Positions 1 to 9,110 of a DNA stretch of 18,391 nt are shown here, one piece after another. The notes below the pieces were generated by a model that saw only the letters and a list, made by a program, of their open reading frames with translations, was not told the DNA's origin and made no database searches. The DNA is from Ginkgo biloba (lineage: Eukaryota; Plantae; Ginkgophyta): the NCBI GenBank assembly GCA_024626585.2, contig JANKJI020000002.1:148326735-148345125 (forward strand), written 5' to 3'. The first letter of the stretch is position 1; each line of letters starts with the position of its first letter. The position numbers and the translations under genes were made by a program.

Positions 1-981
1 GAAGGTCATGAACCATTCTGCGACCAAAGAAGATGGACCAACTGGAAATGCCTCTATTTCCCCGTAATCCAAAATCTGCAAGATGTGGACAAATGAATTT
101 TTCGTCACTTATATACTAAATAACTTCGGGGCAACACTTGTTGGGTATGAATGAATGAATGAATGAATGCTGCATTCTAAATAAATTGAACTAATGCATT
201 GAAACGCAAGAGAAATCTCTAGTACTGAAACCAACTTTGGTCCTTACCTCTCCCCCTCTCTGTCTGACATTCGACATTAGTTTAGTCGTTTCTGCAATTC
301 CTGCAAATTGCAGCCATAAGATAAAGATGCCCTAAAATAAATTCCTCTCTTACTCACATATACACATTATATATGGCCATGCGAATTACTTTTGCTCTGA
401 GACTATCTACTTGCCTCTGAGAGGCTTCACGGTACATATCACATCTCTTAGTCTTGTCTAGGGATCAATTTTAAAGAGTTCGATGGCTGTCAAAGTGCAT
501 CGACTAAAAAGGATAATTGAAATCTATGCGTTTTAATTATAATTGGTAGCCTCGATTCTACGACGGCAATTGAATTTTCTGCATTGTTCAGTTAAGCCAA
601 CGACGGAAGGGGAATAGTGAGAGAAGTCGTTCACACTTAATCCCTCTCTGAAAGGCAAAACCAACCAAATAATATCCAAACAAATGAAATATTTTAGCTT
701 ATCTCTATACATCGGTTGATTTATGAGCGAGTTTATCATGAGATGGTGGGCTACTTACCGACATAATGTGGTACAGACCGTGCTGATACAAAAGTTGAGG
801 AGATTATCACAAATAGTAGAGTAATTGCGAATGAAACTGATACCCTCCGCACGAGTTTACTTCTGTGACGACAACATTGAGCGTGTTGGAGCTGCTCTCC
901 AGCACTAAAACTGCATCCGTTCGCTAACGGTGGAACGAGGGCTGTTAATTGGGGATTTTGCGTGATTCTGTCTCCCGACAT
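1..981 (-). CDS. Spliced gene, 3'-partial, for a putative secreted peptide precursor with a DY (tyrosine-sulfation, PSY-like) motif; coding exons 981-759, 300-248 and 75-<1
   Basis: ATG at 981 is preceded by an in-frame TAA. Exon 981-759 (223 nt) ends at a consensus donor G|GTAAGT (758-753), phase 1. Acceptor TTTGCAG| (AG at 302-301) opens exon 300-248 (53 nt), which ends at AG|GTAAGG (247-242), phase 0. Acceptor CTTGCAG| (AG at 77-76) opens exon 75-1, 25 open codons. All phases are compatible. Product: MSGDRITQNPQLTALVPPLANGCSFSAGEQLQHAQCCRHRSKLVRRVSVSFAITLLFVIISSTFVSARSVPHYVGIAETTKLMSNVRQRGGEILDYGEIEAFPVGPSSLVAEWFMTF... It has a basic stretch, a hydrophobic segment and a VSA/RSVP cleavage-like site typical of plant peptide precursors. 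Confidence 0.72.
147..169. repeat. (ATGA)5 microsatellite within intron
   Basis: atgaatgaatgaatgaatgaatg, read directly. Confidence 0.9.
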
Positions 982-1880
982 GCCGAGGTCCTGTTATACA
1001 GCTCCGCTGGTCGCAGCTGCACAACTAAAAATAGCTTCGAAGTACAGTCCGCGGCGATCAAGGGTGTCCCGGCTAATTAACCCCGGTGTCGCTTCAATCA
1101 GGACCCCAAGCTGGAGAGGCAGAAGGGGGAGGCCATGAATGAATTTGAGGAATGGTGTCTAAAGGTTGTCCAGGTCACCACATTACAGTAGAGAAGGGCC
1201 CAAGAGGAGAGTATGCGCAGGGGCTTTGGGGGAAACAAACCATCAAATCATAACCATTTCGTCATGCGGACAAGTATAAATCTCTCTGCGATGAAATCCT
1301 AGTTTCGCTACCCAGAGTGGAGTGGATCGTTAAGTTGTGCAGAGAGGAATCATGCGCAAGAAATGGGCATGGTAGAAGACAGTCCAGGCGATCTGATCGC
1401 ATCGACCTAAAGTCGACGAATCCGTCACATCGAGGGCCTGCAAGTATTGAATTGGAGCATGAGAAATGCAAGAGTTTAGCGGTTGAAGCGGGCAATGGCT
1501 GCCCGCTATTGAGGGAACACCCGACAAGCATTCGCTGGAGTGCAACAAATGACGAAGCCCAGTCGTAAATGTAGTGGGCTCCATCTAGTCTTATCAGTGG
1601 GTCCGTTCCAGAAGTTTTCGCGCCGTCCACCGTCGACTCCAGTGCTAATACTTTGTCTCATCGGCTCCTTACTAATGATCTCTCAAACACCGAACAAGTG
1701 ATTCTGTCTGTCTAGCCTTCTTGCAGTGTCCGATTTAGCTAACAGTGTATTGATTGAATGGCGAATGTCAGAGATAAGGATGATATAATAAATCGTTTGC
1801 TTCCTCGGGATTGCGTGCGTTCGGGAACACGCACTCTTGGTTACATTGAATGCCCAGAAAGCCGGAATGCGTAGATTTAC

Positions 1881-2140
1881 CGTTATGTTTCCGAATCTCA
1901 TGAGTCGGGTGAGGAGGACTCAGGAGTGCTTGGCGTGCGCGACCTGGACCAAATTTGGTTTAAAAATAAATCGGACGACGTGGCTGAGACTAAGATTCTC
2001 GTAGTAGAAATCAATGTGCAGAGTGGTGTTGGCTGGAAATACCCATTAAAAAGTGAAGGAAATGATGGAGATGGTTGGTGAAACAGTCGATCGGCAATGT
2101 CATCCTGAGCTTGAAAGGTGCAGGCATTGAGTCTGTGGCA
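1881..2140 (-). other. Putative first (leader) exon of the minus-strand peptide gene
   Basis: C/T-rich leader-like sequence on the minus strand ending at donor ACG|GTAAAT (1880-1875). Candidate downstream acceptors TACTTGCAG (AG 1439-1438), TTGTGCAG (AG 1018-1017) and TAACAG (AG 992-991). The 5' end is hidden in N-run 2141-2465. Confidence 0.4.
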
Positions 2141-2465
2141 NNNNNNNNNNNNNNNNNNNNNNNNNNNNNNNNNNNNNNNNNNNNNNNNNNNNNNNNNNNN
2201 NNNNNNNNNNNNNNNNNNNNNNNNNNNNNNNNNNNNNNNNNNNNNNNNNNNNNNNNNNNNNNNNNNNNNNNNNNNNNNNNNNNNNNNNNNNNNNNNNNNN
2301 NNNNNNNNNNNNNNNNNNNNNNNNNNNNNNNNNNNNNNNNNNNNNNNNNNNNNNNNNNNNNNNNNNNNNNNNNNNNNNNNNNNNNNNNNNNNNNNNNNNN
2401 NNNNNNNNNNNNNNNNNNNNNNNNNNNNNNNNNNNNNNNNNNNNNNNNNNNNNNNNNNNNNNNNN

Positions 2466-3300
2466 CGTCCCATCTTTCTTTGCCTGACAATCGCTCGCTT
2501 AACTTAAGCGTCTTCCATACACACTCGAACAAGGCTGAAATCTCTCTAAATTTAGAGAAAATCTGGAGCAAAATTTTAGTGAATCCAATTTTTCTGCGCA
2601 CTGACAGCGATTAACGACCCCATCTGAATTGCTTGCTTGCGCATCTTTGTTTGATAAGTACACTGTTTTCCTTTTTTTTTTTTTTTTTTCGCATTTTCTA
2701 CTCCATCACATTTAAAAACCATACCATCGCACGTCATATTGCTTTTTCTTTTCAATTTTAAAGCACACACATAAACGGACGACCGTCGCCAACTCTTCTC
2801 AGCACAAGCGATAAAATACGAATTCAATCAACCTTCCTGATGTAGACACGGTGGGCCATTCTATTTCGTAGCTGTAAATATTTATTACTCCATTTTATAT
2901 TCGTATTTTAAAATTAGACCCGCGAACTGTAATATTCCTTCTTTCACAACTACATATGTGAATCGTATACGTCTAATCAGCAGAAATATAAGTGGTCGTC
3001 CAACACGGGCATCCCTCGGCCACAAACATGGCATTCATATGCATTATCGGAAATTTGTGATGATAGGGAGGACTTTGCTCTTTGTCGAGGACACGTCACA
3101 CCAGAGACTTGTCCTTGTTGGGTTCGTCGGCGACCTAACATGTGTACTATCGCGTTGGGGTTTTTTTGTTTTTTTTTTTTTTGTACTTTTAATTTATCTT
3201 TTTTTTTTTTTACATTTCAACTGCACATGCATGATGCCTCATCTCTCTATTCTATAATTAATAACACCTACATCGAATCTTTCTAAGGGTCACGTCCATC
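2466..3300 (-). promoter_or_regulatory. Probable upstream/promoter region of the peptide gene
   Basis: CpG-retaining non-coding sequence between the gene and the TE block. It has poly-T tracts (2672-2689, 3161-3182, 3198-3211), ACGTCA cores (~2731, ~3093), TGGGCC (~2852) and CATGCATG (~3226). The motifs are short and individually unproven. Confidence 0.35.
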
Positions 3301-3797
3301 GATGTAAATTAACCTTTGTTTAAAAAGTCAAGATCCTTGTTACCTTCAACTTCAAAATGAGGAATGTTCACATGCTAATATAATGATCCTAGGGAGAGAA
3401 TTGATGTCTCAAGTGACCCTAAGGAAAAAGTCTTTTATAATTTCTTGTTTTCTTTTTGGTTTGAAATTAAGCTATTATATTACATAATAGACCATAAAGT
3501 TTTTACAAAAAGTCAAGGTGGGTCTTCGAAAAATAAAATAAACCCTTCAATAATTCTAGTGGAATAGCTAGCTAGACCTCATACCTTAGTAAGAGCTAAT
3601 AGAAACAAATTGTCAATTGTTATAAAATGATGAGTTGGCCAATCCACACAAAAAGCAAATATTATACAGTAGAGATCGATTAATCATTAGAGTCATCTTC
3701 ACTTCTTGAAGGGAGAAGGCCCTGGTTAAGATCTAAAAGAGCTTAGCATAGCTCTTTATTGGATTGTACATCCTACCCCTGCAACTACACATGAAGA

Positions 3798-3984
3798 TCC
3801 TTTCCTTACCCTGCTCTTAAAACAATGAGGAGCGAGATGGTCATGTGGTGGATCCTTAGGGAAGAACGAGGGCTAAGAAGAATGCATTCCTTTCCCTGCC
3901 CTGCTCTTAAAATAACGAGGAGCGAGATGGTCATGTGGTAGATCCTTAGGGAACAACGAGGGCTAGGAAGAATGCATTCCTTTC
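3798..3984. repeat. 90-bp direct tandem duplication (2 copies plus 7 nt)
   Basis: 3798-3887 and 3888-3977 align without gaps with 7 substitutions. TCCTTTC occurs at the start, the junction and the end. Confidence 0.95.
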
Positions 3985-3989
3985 ATCTA

Positions 3990-6052
3990 CATGTTGTTAA
4001 TAGTGTTGCCTCTAATAGTGAATTAGATGCCTAAAATCTTGTCTTACAACATGCCCGAAATTGATGCAATCCCACACATCCCCCTACAGTTGTTGCATGA
4101 GATGTCTGAGGTGGTTTGCTTCTATGGCATGGGCTTTAATTCTAGCATTCATATGATTAAAGACAATACAAACAAATATGGCAAAAGTATTAGTAGCAAT
4201 ATCGAAAATAATGGAACCATTCAAAACCATATCGTGTATGATCTTCTAAATATACCTCAAAAACTCAGATCTGATAAAATGCCAAGTAGGAATAAAGTTG
4301 CTATCCAAGGCATATGTGTCTCCTAAAATCACCATGTTTCACTACAAAGTCTAGAAGAAATGTTTGACATAGAGCCTCCAACTTCCTCCAGACTAGGAGT
4401 ATATGATAACATCGTCATAAAAGATATAATAGGGATTCCTGCTCAAAGTATAATGGGAAAACTCAGAGGATAACAATTTTCTAAAGGTGAGAACTAGTTG
4501 GGAGACTATTATAAATCATAAGCCATAAGAAAACTTTTTTTTCCCCTTCAAGTGACATATAAGACTAAGCCTAGTCTCCTAAGCTTGAATCATATCAAAG
4601 GAATTCCAAATCTTATTACACTATTGTTGAATATCAACATAGGGTAGCAACCAAGAGGAAGCTTTCCTAACTATATAATGTAGAAATGGCATGGAGTAGA
4701 GCCACTGCCAATCATACCAACTTGAAGCATGACAATTTAGATAAGCCTTAGCCCGACTATCTTGAGGTATCGCATGGATCAATGTAGTAAGCAGGGAGTC
4801 ATGAGAATTAGGTAGCCCCCAAAAGTCTCTAAATTCAGTCCACATAAACCATCTCCCATACCGTCAATGCCCTACTTGACCTACTATTTTAATTCCTTTC
4901 TTGTACCACATTCTTACCTCCACATGGAAAATGGAATCGAAAGGCTTGGTTCCCATACTATTTGTCTCCTCACCACAGAGATGTAGCAGCTGAGGATAGA
5001 GCTTTCCACCTTAAAAACCTACTAATAGATTCCCATGCTCTCCAAATTACTTTGAAGACAAATTGACCCTGGCAACTTTAACTGAAAACCATCATTACCT
5101 TTTAACANNNNNNNNNNNNNNNNNNNNNNNNNNNNNNNNNNNNNNNNNNNNNNNNNNNNNNNNNNNNNNNNNNNNNNNNNNNNNNNNNNNNNNNNNNNNN
5201 NNNNNNNNNNNNNNNNNNNNNNNNNNNNNNNNNNNNNNNNNNNNNNNNNNNNNNNNNNNNNNNNNNNNNNNNNNNNNNNNNNNNNNNNNNNNNNNNNNNN
5301 NNNNNNNNNNNNNNNNNNNNNNNNNNNNNNNNNNNNNNNNNNNNNNNNNNNNNNNNNNNNNNNNNNNNNNNNNNNNNNNNNNNNNNNNNNNNNNNNNNNN
5401 NNNNNNNNNNNNNNNNNNNNNNNNNNNNNNNNNNNNNNNNNNNNNNNNNNNNNNNNNNNNNNNNAAGAGATATTTAATGTTCTAATAAGCCAACTTTCTA
5501 CTAATTCTTGTGGTCTCACATTTAATTGGATGAAACACCAAATCCAAAAGGAATACCCAAAAAATAGAACATATCCCTATTTTAAATTATTGTTTAGTCA
5601 TATTTGGAAACACATTGCGGGTTATCTCTAACATTGAAAAAATAACAAAGACATTTAATGAGACCTATAGAAGATCTTGAGGCATGACAAAAGATATCAA
5701 ACTGTTGGAGCAAGTAGTTCAAATTAGTTTTAGAGGCCTGAATTGTAATATTAGTATTGAATGCAAATTGCCCATAAAGTAGCTCCCTTTGGGAGTTGGG
5801 CAAGGAAATTCCTTTGATCTTGAAGTTTGCTACTACATTCTTAAGAAGGCGACCTAGATCATCAACCACTAAAGCATAAAGAAAAGGCGCTAAAGGGAAG
5901 CATTGACATATTGATCTTTCTAGAATAATTGACTAAGAAAAAAGCCCATTAACCACCACCTTAACTAAGGCATTGGCAAATAAATAGTGAACCATATCAT
6001 ATAACACTCTACCAAAACCTAAGTTTTGAAGCTTAGCAATGATAAATCTCAC
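3990..6052 (-). mobile_element. Degenerate non-LTR retrotransposon (LINE, L1/Tx1-type) ORF2, RT core to C-terminus
   Basis: Minus translation from ~6045: FIIAKLQNLGFG...VVVNGLFS*SIILERSICQCFPLAPFLYALVVDDLG...IKGISLP...GQFAFNT...FCHASRS. This matches decayed RQGCPLAP, QFADDT and FCxASG motifs. FKVIWRAWESI occurs at ~5020-5060 and a W..IR...L..IW-like C-terminus at ~4230-4340. Many stops and frameshifts; contains N-run 5108-5464. Confidence 0.88.
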
Positions 6053-7104
6053 TGAAGGAAGTTGACCTAGATGGGGATGGAGTTTAGGTTGGAGGAGGTT
6101 TAGCTATGCTAGGGTTTCAATGGAGGAAAGGGAGACACCTCTCCTCCACTACGAAGAAGGCTCCCTCTTTCCCTTAACCCCATGTGGGTTTAGATTAGTT
6201 GTCAAGTGCAGTTATTTAGTAGAATGTAGGGAGGAGAGGGTTTCTTTTGTGAATGGAAGAAGATGCCTTTGGAAGATCATATGGAATCCCATATTTGATT
6301 ATTTTATGTGGTCTTATAGGTGGTTTTGCAGGCACATTGAGGCACTTCATGACCAGGTTAGCTTTGGAGTTTCGTTTGTAATGGATTTTTGCTTCCTTGG
6401 CTATGACATCCAATTTCTCTCATCGATGACACTATATGCAGTGCACTTTATTGTCATTTCATTCTCTCATAGTTTTGTTATGGCTAATGCCTCTTTATCT
6501 CTTAGTTGAGACTCATCTATGTAGCAGCCTTTACTCAGTGGTCCACCATTTGTTATGGATTGGATCGGTGATCAGTTGTTCATAGGGTTTTGGCCCTGAG
6601 TGATCTTTGTGACTATACCCTTCTGGGTTTTTTTCTTATATTCAGTTTGGGGGTTGGCTCCTCGTGTTGTCATGTCAAATCTCAATTCTAAGGTTGTTAG
6701 TTCTTGGTTCTCTTGGCGCCCTACATTTTTTTGGATGTCATAGGTTTGCAAATGAGCCTTCCTTCCCTTATAAGGTCTGAGGGTTTTGCACATCCGAGTT
6801 TTCTTGAACCCTAGAGAAGTACCTCACCTCTAAGGTGCTCTATTTGGGATGTTTAGAAGTTAGTCCACTCTTAGGGTTTTATGGTTTTTTTAGGTTATGT
6901 TATGTATTGGCACCTTGGATGGTGATCGTGTTTTATTTCAGTGTCATTCTCTTACTATCATTTTTCTTGTAACCCTAAGAGGGACACCTTGCCTCAGGGT
7001 AGTCTCTGTTGAGGTTCCAACTCTTAGATTCAGGACTATGTCTTAAGTATCCTCTGTTCAAGTGGGTGTGCCTAATGCCACCCAACTTTCTATTGTAACT
7101 GCTT
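6053..7104 (-). other. Unidentified CpG-depleted segment, probably a repeat relic, interrupting the LINE
   Basis: The LINE RT frame ends abruptly at ~6052. The segment is A-rich on the minus strand with broken frames and no motif I can recognise. Confidence 0.3.
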
Positions 7105-7204
7105 NNNNNNNNNNNNNNNNNNNNNNNNNNNNNNNNNNNNNNNNNNNNNNNNNNNNNNNNNNNNNNNNNNNNNNNNNNNNNNNNNNNNNNNNNNNNNNNN
7201 NNNN

Positions 7205-7649
7205 TTTAAGAGTCATCATAAACTCTCTCCACTTCACATTTTTATTAGTTAATGTTTTGGAATCCCAAATAAATTCAAAAGTATAGAGATATATTTATCC
7301 ATCTCTACTTCCATCAAACATTATAAGTTATATATATTCTTCCATAATATTTATGGTATATCCTCCTCTAAACTTACCAAAATTATTACTTCTAGTTTCT
7401 ATTTGATAAGCAATCTCTCTAGAAGTTCTTCTATTCGCAACCCACCTTAGGTGTCTATTAGCTATTATTTTAGTAATTCTCAAAAACCTTATTATCTCTT
7501 CAAGAAGATGATCCAACTCTACATTTTAACTTCTTAAGATATAATTGATATTAATATATCTTCATAATTCTTTATAATTATTAAATAACTTTATAGTTTT
7601 TCAGTCTTTATTCAAAGATTCCTTTATTTTTTAAAGAATATTGAATAAA
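7205..7649 (-). mobile_element. Ty3/gypsy-like LTR retrotransposon gag fragment (degenerate)
   Basis: Minus frame 7321-7205 reads MFDGSRDG*IYLYTFEFIWDSKTLTNKNVKWREFMMTLK, resembling the FxG..D...L..FE.....K..EF..TL start of Retrotrans_gag domains. Bounded by N-runs on both sides. Confidence 0.55.
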
Positions 7650-7659
7650 NNNNNNNNNN

Positions 7660-9110
7660 CTTCAAAAACTAATTAGGATGCTCTCTTGCATCTAATATTT
7701 CATCAGAATTTATAAAATGCCTTAAGATATCTATAATTCTTAGACTCCACATATAAATTTATAAAACTCAATGGGCAAGCCATCATCACCGAGGGATTTA
7801 TCATTCACCATAGACCATACTTCTTTTTTAAGATCAAAGAGAGTGATCAATAGTTTGCCTCTCCCTCAGGGACTCTTCTATGAACTACATTTAGACACTT
7901 ATGCATGGCTTCTAGTATGATTGTGTTATATGTTTGAGAAGAGGAAATAATCATTTGGAAATTCTTATAAAAAGTGCATGCAATTTGGTTGGGGTCAAAT
8001 AATATGACCTTGTCTGGGTCCTTAATTGCCCAAATTCATTTTCCATTTTTCTTATTCCTCAATGTTGTGAACAAGAATTTTGAGGAAGAATCTCCCTCCT
8101 TAATCCATTATAGGCAAAGCCTTGCTTATGCACCCTAGGCTTTAAAATGCACTAATTTTCTTAATTCATGCATTACTTTCAATTCAAGTTCTTGAAGGCC
8201 TCTATCAATCAAAAGGGTCCATTGTGAGAAACTATTGGGCCTTTTTAATAGCCTTAGCAAAGGACTTGCATTGATCTCTTCGTAGAGAAGCCACTCTTTT
8301 ACCATAAGCTCTAATAAAATTGATTGTTCTAATGATTGTAGCTTCCCACCAAATGATCCATCCTAAATCCTCTCGAGCCCTTGGCACAAGCTCCTATACC
8401 CTCTACACCCACTCACAAATACCTTGTCCTTCAAATGCGATATATCAAGCCTAAAAATAGAATTCCCAATTGGAACTCCAAAAGGCACATGCCGAAAAGG
8501 AAAAATGGTTACATAGTGTAGTTATAAAGTAGATCTTGAAAGTTTTGGAATATCAATCTAAGATGACATAATTAGACCAATAACACTTATCCAATATAGC
8601 CCATACCATTTCAAACCCATCTCTATTGTTACACCAAGTGAAAGAGTTATTGTTGGAAGGAAACACCTCAACAAGCCTAAGATTTACTTTGACATGTAGC
8701 TAAACTTGCAACACCATAGAGGAGACAAGAAGCCAACTCCCCCAAGCTTATTGTCGGTATCCTCTACCATATTAAAGTTGCCAAGGATAATCCAAGAGGC
8801 TTGTGACAAGGACGAATACATCTAATGCCAGATCAATCTTGCCTATTGTATCATTAGGAGAATAGAAACTTCCACTCCTAAAACACAATTATTAATTTTA
8901 AGAATATCCCACACTATTTGGTTGTTTAAGTCATAGTCATGAGTTATAGGAAAATAATGCAAATAAGAAGGATAAACTAAAATAACTCCCCCAAAACCAT
9001 CAGTATGATTTGTAGCCACAAAATTATTTGATCCCCAAATGCTATTCATAGCTACTTGTAAGCAGAATCCCTAGATTTGATGTGTTGTAATGTAATAGAT
9101 TTTACTTCTC
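7660..9110 (-). mobile_element. Degenerate LINE ORF2 5' part: APE-like endonuclease, linker and start of RT
   Basis: Minus translation has WIILGNFNMVEDTDNKLGG (GDFN motif, ~8740-8800), WIKEGDSSSKFLF (~8070-8110) and NDKSLGDDGLPIEFYK (KSPGxDG..EFYK motif, ~7760-7805) in canonical order. Multiple stops and frameshifts. Confidence 0.9.

Noticed and set aside
55-270. Alternative frame from ATG at 270 (MSDREGERFWITGK* after splicing)
   Set aside because: Stops after 14 codons, whereas the other frame stays open through all three exons.
883-905. GTGTTGGAG-ctgct-CTCCAGCAC hairpin as a possible miRNA precursor
   Set aside because: Only a 9-bp stem inside a coding exon, with no match to conserved plant miRNAs I can recall.
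1262-1630. 122-aa minus ORF containing AHYIYDW, superficially like the phytosulfokine motif
   Set aside because: PSK needs DYIYTQ near the C-terminus of a secreted precursor. Here there is no D before Y, no TQ, no signal peptide and a GTG start, and the ORF lies in probable leader/intron sequence.
2958-3257. 99-aa plus ORF with a Phe-rich hydrophobic tail
   Set aside because: The hydrophobicity comes from poly-T tracts; GTG start; no homology evident.
4027-6509. Plus-strand ORFs 4027-4326 and 6120-6509
   Set aside because: They are antisense to decayed TE or repeat sequence and have no recognisable motifs.
6110-6880. TAGGGTTT telo-box/telomere-like motifs (~6110, ~6582, ~6872)
   Set aside because: Isolated single units, not an array, and located in repeat-derived DNA.
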